DNA of 64,000 nt, from NCBI GenBank assembly GCA_950097015.1, contig CATNEN010000003.1, positions 16,058,001-16,122,000 of the forward strand, written 5' to 3'. Below the pieces are notes generated by a model. The model saw only the letters and a program-made list of their open reading frames with translations. It was not told the DNA's origin and made no database searches. The stretch comes from Macrostomum hystrix (taxonomy: Eukaryota > Animalia > Platyhelminthes). Position numbers and translations under genes: made by a program. This document shows, piece after piece, positions 1-11,922 of the stretch; the stretch's first letter is position 1; every line of letters starts with the position of its first letter.

Positions 1-2
1 GT

Positions 3-1115
3 AGCTGCGCCTCGGTCGAGATTTTCTACCGTCTGACCCAGGCGGTCAAGAGAATGATGGTGCGGCGTGGCCAAAGCAACGTGTCAGTCTACCTGGATGA
101 CTTCCTGGTTGCCGCGTAGAGTAAGGAGGAGTGCATGAAGGCCCTTAACGAGCTGATCAGGTTGGTACGCGAACTCGGATTTGGCGTCAACTAGAGCAAG
201 CTGGTGGAGCCAACTGAATGTCTGGTGTACCTCGGAGTTAAGATCGATACCGTGCGTGGCGTTCTCGGAATTCCGGCTGAGAAGTGTGAGGTGTTGCGCG
301 ATACTCTGCTTAGCTTCTCGCAGCGTAGGCGCCTCTCGAAGCGCCAGCTTTCGTCGCTCTGTGGCAAGCTCAGTTGGGTCGTTCGGGTGGTGCATTCTGG
401 GAGCTGTTTCCTCAGGCCCCTGTTCGACTTGCTAAAAGCTCTTCACAAGCCACATCAAAAGATCCGTGTGTCCGCTGTCACCGTGCGTATTTTATTGTGG
501 TGGCGTAGCGCCCTTCAGCAGTTTCCTGAGTTTCAGCTTTGTAGGCGTGATTCGAATTCCTGGGTCATCGAGACGGATGCCAGCAGTGTTGGCATTGTTA
601 GCTATTTTTCGTAATGCTAACGGAATGGTTGATTGGCTGTACGTCAGGAACTGGATGCCGCAGGAGTGTTCAAGGACATGCATATTACGTACAAAGAAGC
701 GATTGTTCCTCTCCTGGCGATTGTGCGCTGGAGTGCTTTGCTTAATAATAGTTCTGTGGTGTTCTACTCTGACTCTAGCGCCGCTGTCGGCATGATTAAT
801 AGAGGTTGCTGCCGCAAGTCTGAGTTACAGCCGCTTTTTCAGAGCCATGCCATGCTAATCGCAGTTAGGCGCAGTGTCGAAGTGCGTGCGCTTCATGTGC
901 CTGGTTGGTACCAGCTTTTCGCAGATCCGTGCTCTAGACTGCACTCTAGACAGCACACAGTGTGCAAGATGCGAGACTTTTTATTTCGTGTGTATGGAAC
1001 AGTTAACTGTAGCGCTACTGAAATTGCAAGCCAAACTTTCTGCCGTTCTGCTTCCGCCTTTCTCTTTTTTTCAGGCCCTCTGCGCCAGGCTCCCGACCGC
1101 CTCAGCCAGCGCTGA
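3..1115 (+). pseudogene. Reverse transcriptase-RNase H of the YR retrotransposon (disrupted)
   Basis: The frame from 3 reads ..EIFYRLTQAVKRMMVRRG..VYLDDFL (YLDD at 90-101), with in-frame TAG at 117 and 192, then YLGVKID and SLCGKLSW. RNase H motifs are IETDAS, ITYKEA, YSDSSAAV and LHVPG..ADPCSR. A stop at 612-614 and local indels disrupt 600-640. Confidence 0.85.
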
Positions 1116-1129
1116 GCATTTCTCCTCGG

Positions 1130-2218
1130 CAATGCATTCGCTCCCCATGCACACGAAGCGCAGTTAGGCCTACCGGTCGCAGCTCGCGTCATGGTTGCGG
1201 TTCTGCAGCTCCAAGCGCTTGACACCAGCCCGAGCGCAGCCGGTACACGTGGCTGAATACCTAGCTGAGCTGTCCAATCGGCTGACCGCCTTCTGCAGTT
1301 GCCATGCGTATGCGAACGCAGTCTCTCTGTACTTCAGAGCGATTGGTCGGCCGGACCCGTGCGACACCGACGGTCAAGTGGGTGCTTCGATGCCTTCGCC
1401 GGTTTCTCGGTCGACAGCAACACTCGAAGGAGCCAATCCGAGTCGCCGATCTTCTCAAGCTGCACGCCTATCTTGACCAGAAATCACGCAAGAACATCGC
1501 TTTCTGGTCGGCGATTCTGACGGCCTGGTGGGGAATGCTGCGAAAGGCGAATGTCACCACGCAGGTAGGGGAGCTCGATCTGGTGCGCAATTTGTCAGCG
1601 TCGAGTGTCACCTTCTCGGAGCGCGACTGTGAGCTGGTAGTTCGTTTCAAGACGAACCAGTTTGGCGACAGAGTTCAGCGGGTGTTTCTTCCGAAGCTCG
1701 GATGGCGGGCTAGAGGCCATTTGCCCGTACCGAGCTCTGAAGCAGCAGCTGGCCGCGCTAACCTGGTGGATCAAGCCCCTGGTCCTGTTCATCTTTTTGC
1801 GACCAGGTCGGCGAACGGGTGGACGTCCCTGACAGCTAGCGGTTTCGAAGGCCGCCTCCGATCTCTGTGCGCTCCGGCGGGTTTTTTCGCCGCGTGTCTA
1901 TTCACAGGCCACGGGCTGCGGCGTGGCGGGGCTACGACGCCGATGCAGCTCGGTGTTACTCTGCCGGTAATCAAGCAGCTCGGCGACGGGAAGAGCGGCT
2001 GTGTTTCGCTATCTGTCTGTGCAGGACTCGGATGCAAGGGCAGCCGTGCATGGGCTGGCGCGTCGCCTGGGCGCTCTCTAACTCAATCTTTTTTCTGTTC
2101 CCTGCTTCTCCTTTCCGTTTTGGGTTTGGGCCAGGTTCAAAATTGCACCCGCCGTGCCAACCGCCTGGCTTCGACTCACTGGTTTAACTTGCACAAATTC
2201 TTCGGTCTTTCTTATTGA
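1130..2218 (+). pseudogene. Tyrosine recombinase (phage-integrase family) of the YR retrotransposon, frameshifted
   Basis: Motifs AFWSAILTAWWGMLR (catalytic R), KTNQFG (K), GHGLRRGGAT (HxxR) and IKQLGDGKS (degenerate GxWxS). The N-terminal domain (WLRFC..HVAEYLAELS) is in another frame. Confidence 0.85.
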
Positions 2219-2322
2219 ATTCGGAACGGCAGTGACATTACTTCGATGCGATAACAGATTTGGTCCTTCTTTGTCTTGTTAAAGCAGACTTTAGTTTTGA
2301 CCTAATCTTTCTCTTTCCTTTC

Positions 2323-2700
2323 TCATTTTCTCATTTTCTCCTTTCTCAGCTGAAATGCCGCATCATGACTAGCGTTCCATTTCTCTTTGAAATTCTGCTT
2401 CTTTGTCAATTGGAAAAACGGATGCGCTGCCTCTGCATAATTCCTTACGAATGTACAGTAATATTTACACAGGCCTAAGAAGCTTCGCAGTTCTTTCACA
2501 TCCTGCGGCGTTGGCCATGATGCAATTGCTTCAATTTTAGCAGGATCAGTTCTAATTCCATGCTTTCTAATGATATGACCTAAATACTGCATTTCTTGCA
2601 GAAACAAAAGCATTTATTGGGCCTCAGTTTGAGCCCGGCAGAAATGATTCTCTTCAAAACTTCGGCTAAATGCTGGAGATGTTCTTCAAACTTCTTTTAG
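2323..2700 (-). mobile_element. Ty3/Gypsy LTR-retrotransposon pol fragment (RT thumb/connection)
   Basis: FEEHLQHLAEVLKRIISAGLKLRPNKC, then after a frameshift YLGHII..GIRTDPAKIEAIASWPTPQDVKELRSFLGLCKYY..W..DAAFQ. Confidence 0.88.
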
Positions 2701-4329
2701 AATATGTACCAGCCTTGTAATTATATAATCTATAAAGGACATGGAATATCGATGCTGTATTCCTTCTACACCTTTTTACTTTCTATTATAGAAAAGGTGC
2801 ACTCGATATTGACATCGTTGCATCCAATTGTGACAGTCTGTGGCAGCGCTAGCTAAAATTTTCAACCTATTTTGACAAACTTTGGTTCACTTCTGACAAT
2901 TTGCATCCGATATTGACAAACTTCAGCGAAGACGACAGGAGGCGCATAATGAAAATGGTGACGACTTCGTTCACCTTGCTCATGCTTTAGGTATCAAGAG
3001 AACCACTGCGTATGCTATTGTTATAGCAGTGGACGAGTAGAAAAGTTACCAAAAGGTGGCCGTACATTCATACGAGTGGAATTTGTTCGTACGTACTTGA
3101 GGAAAAGTTATTACTTGAAGTACATTAGAGGAATATTATGTGAATAATGTGTCAATTTTGGATGCACAGTGTCAAAGATGGATGCATATGAGCAGACTTG
3201 TTCCCATAGACAGCGAGACAAAGGCATTGATTTGTAACCCGGTGTCAGAATCAATTGCCCGATGTCATAGCAAGGACCACTAGAAGAAGAAGGACGGGAC
3301 ACTTCGTTTCTTAGAAAATTTATTAAAGGCTGATTTTTACGGAAAAATACACTAGCGAGATAGAAACTTTTCACTTTTTTCACTTTAAAACGTTGATAAC
3401 TTTATATTGGAAGCAGATACAAAGCTCTTCTTTTGATATAACTTACAAAATATGTTGCTTCGACGAATTTTATGAAGATTTTTTCATGAATAATTGATCT
3501 TCATATTATTTTAGTTACTATATCATGCAGCAATTATAGTATGAAGCTAACTAGTGACTAACTTGAATTTTACAATCTCTGTTTAATCGGATGCATCTAT
3601 TTAATAGCAATATATGATTAAAAAATAGTTGTTTATAATTGTATGCCCAACTCACTGCTTCTTTATTTTAGTTTTATCCTGTCAATATAAAATAAATTTA
3701 AATATATAGCTACCTATATTACATATAGACCTACTAGCTATGCCTAGACCTAGTTATATGTTTATCAATAATCAAGACAGTATCTATCTTGTTAAGAATT
3801 GACAGTTTTTATACTTAATGAAATGTATGAATCTAAGCAAGTGATTTAATTTTAAACCAAGCTTGTTCACTCTTGTTTTTAGACTTTAGCTTATTTTAGC
3901 TATATTGACATTATCTTTACATTAGCTAGTTTTTTCAGTATTTATTAAACAATGATAGTTATTTGCTCTGATTTTATCAAGATGTTCTTATTTTTATTTT
4001 CTATTAGGCTCTATTTAATGAAAACAATGGCATAATTGGCTAGGGGCCTGAAGGGTTTTTTCTTTAAAATTTGGCTTTCTTTTAAATCCCATCACAGAGC
4101 CCTCCAATTCCCATTTGTGTGCACCCCTAAATCCCTATTGGCGCCACCCAATAAAAAAAGCTTAATAACACCCCTGAATTCATGTTATTCTTTTATTAAC
4201 AATGATTTATTTACCTTTATTGAAATTGGTAAAGCTTTGTGCCATGCCTCAAACTCATTTTTCTGTTTAGAAAATGAAAAAACTGTGGTCCTTTTATCCC
4301 TTGTGTCACAATTACTTTTTCATTGTGGT

Positions 4330-4690
4330 GCATGATTCCAGATGGCATGTGGCCTGGTCTGCCATTAATGCTCTGACAGGGCAAAAGTGGCGCATCCAAC
4401 TGAATCTGGCAGGCGGCACTGTGGATGAGCACAGTAACAAGCTACGCGAGTTCTTTGCTGCCATAGTCAATGTGCTGCCACCACTGCCCAACATCCTGAC
4501 ACTGCCACCAGAGACTCAGTTGCGGTCAAAGGACAGTTTTAACATTGCACCATTCACCATGGCTGAAGTCATGATGTTTGCCTAGAAGAAGCCAGGCAGC
4601 AAAGCGCTGTGTCCAGACAAGGTGTCCATCAAGGCAAGGTGCTGCATATTCACTGTGTGGCCAGTGAGGTTGCCTGTGTGATGAACCAAG
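4330..4690 (+). mobile_element. Degenerate non-LTR (LINE) ORF2 fragment, region just upstream of the RT domain
   Basis: AWSAINALTG...REFFAAIVN...FTMAEVMMFA*KKPGSKALCPDKVS resembles the KAxGPDxI motif preceding LINE RT. It contains a stop and a frameshift. Confidence 0.55.
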
Positions 4691-5972
4691 TGGACCATGA
4701 CGAACATCATTGCCATATCAAAGAAGCTGCCTGCTGGCCTATGCTGGTGCCCCAGACACTGCCGGCAATGCAGTGTTTGTTCGCAACCAGGCTCTGAAGC
4801 ATGCACTGTGACACTGCTTTTTTTACCTGACAGTGTATTTTGTTGTCATTGTTGTTATTGTGGCACACAACACTGCATAGGCATCTTGACAATAAAAGAC
4901 GATGAAAAATGAAAGTTCAGCACTACTTGAACACATTTTTGCACTAAGTCATAAGTAAAACGTGTATACTATGAGCTCATATTCAAAGATATAAAAAGCT
5001 GCAAACTTCCATTTATTGTTCTCCATTTGACATCTCATGGCACATGCACTATTGAGAAAAGAAACTCATTTCAATACACAATAATCAGAAAAATGTAAAA
5101 GAAATCTCGAAATCAAATGAAGTTAGAATAAATGGATTTAAATTGTTCTTTATAACAAATGATTCTTCAAATTCAAGGCAATTTTCACAATTGAGACACA
5201 AAAATAGTATCTATATGATCTTAAATTATATGAAGTAATATCTTTCTCTACATAATGTCTTTGTATGTCCATGAGGACAGTCAGAAGCTTACTACCTTGC
5301 AAGGGGCATCAATCACATGGTGATTAGACTGACTGGATGGGGTTGTCCAGCTGGTGACTACAGCACTTGGTTGAAAATGCAGTAAACATGAACAAGGTCC
5401 TTAGGCTCCAGGCTAGGCTCTCAAAAAGGTAGCCCAGAAGCTCCACCAGGTTGTTCTCTGACTGGCTGGGGCTCCACCACAGGTAGGTAGAACTGGGGCA
5501 GTGGTGTTGGCACAAAGCAGAAAGGCATGGACTTTCCCTGCAATGGCAAAAAATGTAAAAAACACATACTAGAGCCACAATAGCAAGAACATTTTACAAT
5601 TTCTTACTATAGTAAATACAATAAATAATATTACCAAAAATATTTTAACATTACACACTAATACATAGCAGAATTAGTCTACCACTGAATGAGAGCCAGA
5701 TAGCTTACCTGGGCCATATCAACCTTGAAGATCTTAATAGGCATAACAATAATAGCAAAAGCTCTGAGTACTAGTGTCAGTGCAAGCAAAACTTTATTAT
5801 AGCTAAAATGTAATAAGGAACAAGTAACACTTCTTGTTTTATCTTTTTTAATTAAATGTTTCAATGTTGAAAATTTAAAGCTTACAAACAGACTGTGGAA
5901 GTGCTATTATTTATATTTATTGGCAATAATATTGCCCCAATAGACGAAAAATTCAATAGGCCTACTTACAAC

Positions 5973-8900
5973 CAAGGACTACTTAAGTATCGTTTATAGA
6001 AGGACGCTGCACTCGCGGTTCGTGTAATTTTTTTTGAAGGCCAATTTTCGCCGAAAAATACATTAACGAGATACAAAAAATTCACGATTTTCATCTTCAA
6101 TGGCTTGCTCAGACTGACTACAACCCTGCTGAAAAGAAAAAACTGCTGAAACTTATCAAAAAGACCTAGTGTATTCGCTCCTCTATTGTATTTCGCCAAG
6201 TTAGTGTCCTTGACACGTTTACTTTTAAATACTTCGTATTTTTTCGAGGGTTTTCAATTCTGTAATGTTAAATGTTAAAGGTTGGATTAAAGTGTTAGTT
6301 TCTCTCAATAATCAGTAGTTTCTTTAGCATTCTATGATGACTGCTTTCTATGTCTTTATTTGTTTGGTAAATTTAAATTAGCTATAGACATTCTATATTA
6401 AATGTTAGTCTATACCCTGGCTATGCCTGATATATAATAATATCTAGGGCCTACTATGCTTTTTTAGCATGTTCTACAAAAATGTTGTGTAGAAAGGACC
6501 TACTGATTAGTTTATGAGTAGATTGTTATAAAGTATTATTCTTAATTTGAAGGTAGATAGATATTAGATACTTGCATATTGTATAGAAGGTACTAATTTT
6601 ACTATTCTGTCAAATATCTGTAGATTAGGCTTCTTAAACGGTTCTACTGGATACAAAAGTTCTATTTTCAGACTTGTCTTGAAACTTTATATTTTATTTA
6701 AATGATAGGCCTAACAACATATTGAATTTATTTCTGCTGTTTGGAGAGCAGTTTTTTAACCTAGTCTAGTTTAATGGAACCAAGATATATTCAATACTCA
6801 GGCCTTGCATTGAATTTAAAATATAAATATTTATATATAGAAAGTGATTCTAAAGGAAAATGCGTATAATAGACTTTAGAAGACAAATTTTCAACTTTAG
6901 TAATACTATTGAAGTGATTTAGTATAGAATTGATTATATTGGCCTGTTGGGATAAAAGCAATACAGTATTGTAGCAATTTTTTTACTAGATATAATGTAT
7001 AGAAGCTGTATATATTTCTTTTTGTTAGCTTCAGAATTTCTGCAATGCCAATGAAATGCTGTCTTCCAAAGTGTACAAGTAACTACAAATCTGGTGAGAA
7101 GGTGACAGTGTATAGCTTTCCAAAGGATAAAGAAGACTACAGCATGTGGATCCGAGCTTTGCCACCAAATGTTAAGGTATGGTGCTATTGCTGCTATTGC
7201 ATATTCTTGTCTTGCTTAATTCACATGCTAATGGAACATTAGTACAATATGATATAATACTTACTGTTTTAGAGTCCATCTAAATACATGGGCATTTGCC
7301 AAAAACATTGGCCAACAAATGCACCAATGTTAAAGGTCAAGCGATTCATGCGCCCTATGGACCCACCAAGTGTATTCCCAAATCTTCCAACAGGCTCTCT
7401 TAGCCTGACTGAGCCAAGTAAGTATATCTCATAGCAAGGTTAAATATTACAGTTTGTACCAAATGATAGGCTTTCTATAATATTTTACTTAATTAAGTTT
7501 TTGTCTGATTTCATACCTTACATATTATTATTACTTCAGAGCACTCTAGAGATGTTCAACGCCGCGGTATTCTGTTAAACCAGCGGGCTCAAATTGCTGA
7601 TGAAATGGACTCATTCAATGAGACTGATCGGATTCACTCATGGAGTTCCTTTGTTGAGAAATCTGCCACCCTTGACTTCGTTGCAAATGAGTGGATAGTG
7701 CAGCGTGACGAATCATGTGTGCGATTTGTCCTTCTTTGGGAACTAAGAGTTGAATGCTCAATTTCAGTCATGTCCGACTTTTCTGTTATTGCAAATCGTC
7801 ATAACACCCCAGTGTCAGTGTCTGAGCTGCTGGGTTTTCAACATCGACTTGAGCGCTACAGCCAATTGGAAGCAGTACAAAATAAAGTTCGACAAGCTGA
7901 AGTAAATCCAATCAAGGAATTCAATGCATATTTGGACGCACTACAGCCACTTTGTCAGGAGCTGCAGAACCCGCGCCATTCATTCCTTGTTCGACAGCTG
8001 CAACTGAGTGTTGTTCAGCATCATGGCGTACGGTATGCTGCAAATGATATAATGACAGCTGCCAGAATGTACTTCACCAGTCGTGCTGGCTATCGTGCAA
8101 TGAGAGAGTTCGCCTGTCTACCACATCCAGACACTCTCAAACGTCATCTGGGTGGACTTGGCAGCATTGGAACCGACACCGACTGTCAGCAAATTGTCAA
8201 GTCGAATTTCGAACACAACACACCGTCTCAGTGCCTGTGCTCAATCATCTTTGATGAAGTGTATGTGCAACCTTCACTTCGTCTCAAAGGTGTCCATGTA
8301 GTTGGCTTTGCTGAGGATGTTCCACAGAAGCTTGCTCGGACTATTCTCGCCATTATGGTAAAACCATTTATGGGCGCACCTGCGTTTGTTGCCAGACTTG
8401 TGCCAATCTATAGTTTACAGCCTGCTTTTTTACACAGACAGGTTGTACGACTTATTGAAATTGTCCACGGCTGTGGTGGTACAGTTGTGAGCTTGATTTG
8501 CGATAATCACTTCACTAACCAGAACTGTTTCAAACTGTTTCATTGCGACACAAACACACCATGGCTTGCCGAAAACCCTGCAGACGCAGAGAAACCATTG
8601 TTTCTGTTGTTTGACACAGTGCATTTGTTTAAGAATATAAGAAATAATTGGTTCACTCAAGCGCACAAGGAGATCGATTTTCACCCATCAGCAGATAAGC
8701 AGGAACGTGTTTGCCGAGCACGCTGGAATGATATTGTTGAAATCGAGGAGCGATCCCGTGGACAAGTAGTTCGCCCGACTTCAGTCAACTCTGTCGCGTG
8801 CAATCCGTCTCCACTGGAGCGACAAAAGGTGTCACTAGTTGTCGACATCTTCAACGAGAAGACGGTTGCCGCACTTCGTGTTAACGGTCGCCATGACTCA

Positions 8901-10985
8901 GCCGACTTTGTGGACCATGTGGTCACCTTTTGGAAAATAGTTAATGTTAAATCACCAGAATCACACGTTGCCTTGAATGACAAACTTAGGGCTCCAATTA
9001 CGTCGGAAGAATCTAGCAGCTTGACACATTTACTTAATTTCTCCGCACTGGTGGAGCGCATGCCGGGTGGACGAGGTGCGGGACGCGGTCGGTCGCTCAC
9101 CACAGAGACGCGCAACGCTTTAATCCAGACAACAAGAGGTCTGGTGGGCCTCAGCAGACACCTTCTAACCAACCATCGATTTTCTTACGTTCTTCTTGGT
9201 GAGTTCTTTGCATTATTTACATGCAGCAATCAGTTTTTGAATAATTGTTGCTAGGGAATGAATTTAATGAATTGTGGGGATGCAGGTCACGGCTATCTAA
9301 TGGGTCACGAAATTGTCTTTAAGGTGTACTGCAATCAGACAGATTGGAGGCCGAGTTCGCTCTCTACCGCCAGGGCCACGGCGGGTGTTACTACATAACA
9401 GTCGAGCAAGTTATGGCCAGTGCTCGGCTGCACCGAATGAAATTGTACGGAGCGCTTCAGAACAGCTTTGAGGCTCATGAGCCGGCGACATGCTGTTCCG
9501 ATGGGATGAAGGACTCTGATCTAGAGGTGTTTGATCAGCTTCAAGACAAGATCAGCCACAATACAGATGAGGAGAATGCTTCTTTGTACTATATTTCCGG
9601 TTACATTGCTGCTAAAGAGCATCTTCCAGAAGTTTTTGAAGCATTTGCAACTGAGTTTCCTGGCGGTAGCGAATTTACATCGCTGCTATCTCGTGGCAAG
9701 CTCCGGCACCCGCCAGAGTGGCTTTTAGTTTTCTCCAGCCTGTGCTATGCTTTTTTCTCCTCTGTCAAGATCCACTGCGTCAACTATTGTGTCCGATCTT
9801 TTATTAACGTTTTTGAAGCTTTCATGGATGTAACTGTTTCAGATCCAGCTCAGGTTAGCCGCATTTCCAGGAGGTTAGCTAACACATTTTTTAAAGGACT
9901 CGTGCGTCGTGATTCGGACCATGTACGAGAGACGCCCGGCAGTGGACGGCGTCTGCGAAAGTTAGCATCAAGTTAGTTATGAGCTGTTTGTACGCTTTTT
10001 GAGAAATCCGTGACATTCTATCAACACACCGAGTTCGTATAAAACTTGAACACCCATTGTACACTTAGACACCTCTAATTTAAACAAACGAAGTGGACAC
10101 TGGAAAATATCGAAATATCCAACCAAAAATGCAATAAGCCAAAATCGGAGGCAACATAGCTCGTAGAATTGAAGCGAACATTGTTAATTGATTGAGCATG
10201 TAATTTGACCCATAGTCCATGGTTGTCCATGTTTTATACAGACCCAATTCACATTCACGTCATTGAATATGCTTATGCTTTCATAAGTTGGTTTATGCAT
10301 CTGTTGCTGCTTTCATACGTTGGTTTAAACATTTGTTGCTGCTTTCATAAGTTGGTTTCTGCATTTTACTGCTGTTGCCTACCCAATAGTTGCCACAGTT
10401 TCTATACACTATACACTATACACAGTCTTATATTTGCAGCCTTACATACATATTTGCCTTACTGTAGCTATCAATTGAGATTAAAGTACAATGAGCTGCT
10501 GTGCAACAAGCAACCAGTTCAGTTCAACATTTTTTGTTTCCAGTCCAACAACGATACATCGATTGTTATCAGCACTGGCATTGTGCCAGTTTCTCTGCTT
10601 TTGCTCTTTGTTATTTTATTGTTGAAAAGATCAGGGATGGCTTTTGAAAAGTACAGACTGACGGGCTTCGTTCTTTGTTAATCTCATCTCATTTTAATTG
10701 GATTACATTAGCTCAATTGTCGGAATTATCCTTTAAATATCCTAGCTTTATTGTTCTATAATAAAGAAGGGGGTAACAGTACCTTGCTGTACATTTCTCG
10801 CGAATACATGTAGTTGCAGCCGAAACTGTTCACTCATCTAAAAGAGGAATAAATTCTGAGCAACCCCGTGAAAAAACTAGACCTCTACATGCAACCATTT
10901 AAAAATAACAGCATTTTGAAAAATGGCCTTCAAAAAAATCTACACCATTCGGGAGTGCAGCGTCCTTCTACTTAAGTAGTCCTTG
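5973..10985 (+). mobile_element. Autonomous P-element-superfamily DNA transposon
   Basis: TIRs CAAGGACTACTTAAGTA (17 bp perfect, imperfectly extending ~60 bp). 8-bp TSD CTTACAAC at 5965-5972 and 10986-10993. Encodes a THAP transposase. Confidence 0.95.
7045..9976 (+). CDS. THAP-domain P-element transposase (THAP9-like), ~862 aa; exons 7045-7176, 7273-7417, 7540-9198, 9324-9976
   Basis: THAP C2CH finger (KCCLPKC..FPKD..W..ICQKHW..PPSVF), HTH region (AGYRAMREFACLPHPDTL), catalytic IIFDEVYV, ICDNHFTNQ, FDTVHLFKNIRNNW and QSDRLEAEF, and C-terminal LYYISGYIA..RGKLRHP. GT-AG joins keep frame; total 2589 nt. Confidence 0.92.
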
Positions 10986-11168
10986 CTTACAACTTCTGGA
11001 CTGTTAATTTCAATTGGAAATAAAAGTGATTAATTTAATGAAAATCAACAGCCAAGTCAAACTAATATTAGCCATAAAAATACTATACTTGTTAAAAAAG
11101 AAAAGTAAAATTACAGTAGATAGGCAAATAGATGGCTAAAATAGAATATTGGATAAGTTCATGACATA

Positions 11169-11922
11169 TGATGTAGGGTTATTTTTCAATTTTTACACGT
11201 TACATTTCTTAGAAACATTTTCCCGCGCAAATTTATTATTTTGTTTTAATTTACGAAACTTTGTTTTAATGCACCAAATTTTGTTTAACTGCACCGAAAA
11301 ATAAAGGTTTTACTGAAGTCACGGATGTGAGGGGAGAAGTTTTACTATAAATACACGAATGAAAGAGAGAGAAAAGTAACCTCGTGCCTGACGAAGTTCT
11401 GATAAAGAAAGCTTGAATCTTTAAGTGTTCGTGTTAAAGAGTTATTTGAAAGAGACATTGCGAAAGAAAGAGTAGCCAGAGTGGAGAATAGCTGTAACTC
11501 TAGATCCACTGGAAAGCCCTATGAAGCCGACTGCAGATTGAATTGAAGACTAGATGAAAGACTGAATTAAAGACTGAATTAAAGACTGAATTAAAGATTG
11601 AATTTAAGACTGAAATTGAAGAGTAATTGAAGAGTGATAAAAACGGATAAAGACGAATAAAGACTGGTATAGAAAAAGTTATAAGTAAACAAGTAGAGGA
11701 GATAAATACCGGCCATATCGTAAACGCTACCAGATTGAATACATAACGCTACCATATTTGAATATCTAAACGCTACCAATTTGAATTGAAATAAGAAATA
11801 TATAAAGCGAATAATTAAAGACATTTATAAGATTGACAAAAGTATAAGAGGCCTGCAACAACTTTGGTGGCATATTAAATATTAGTACAACTTCGGTGGG
11901 ATCGTTATTTAGCCCTACAACA
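11169..11922 (+). mobile_element. Solo LTR (probably Gypsy)
   Basis: TG...CA ends with inverted termini TGATGTAGGG / CCCTACAACA. 4-bp TSD CATA at 11165-11168 and 11923-11926. TATA-like TATAAATA near 11346. Internal 12-bp AAAGACTGAATT repeats. Confidence 0.75.

Larger units (their letters stand above)
1..2218 (+). mobile_element. Degraded tyrosine-recombinase retrotransposon (DIRS order, Ngaro-like), 5' part outside the window
   Basis: RT, RNase H and tyrosine recombinase motifs occur in the order typical of YR retrotransposons. No methyltransferase domain is visible between RNase H and YR. The coding regions carry in-frame stops and frameshifts. Confidence 0.88.

Noticed and set aside
3111-3383. 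ORF MKKVKSFYLASV.. and its mirror at 12671-12862
   Set aside because: Both lie in the long TIRs, start at GTG, and diverge exactly at the element boundary.
5280-5720. Exon-like GC-richer segments on the minus strand inside the outer P element
   Set aside because: Splice-like signals exist, but the frames contain stops and no product could be recognised.
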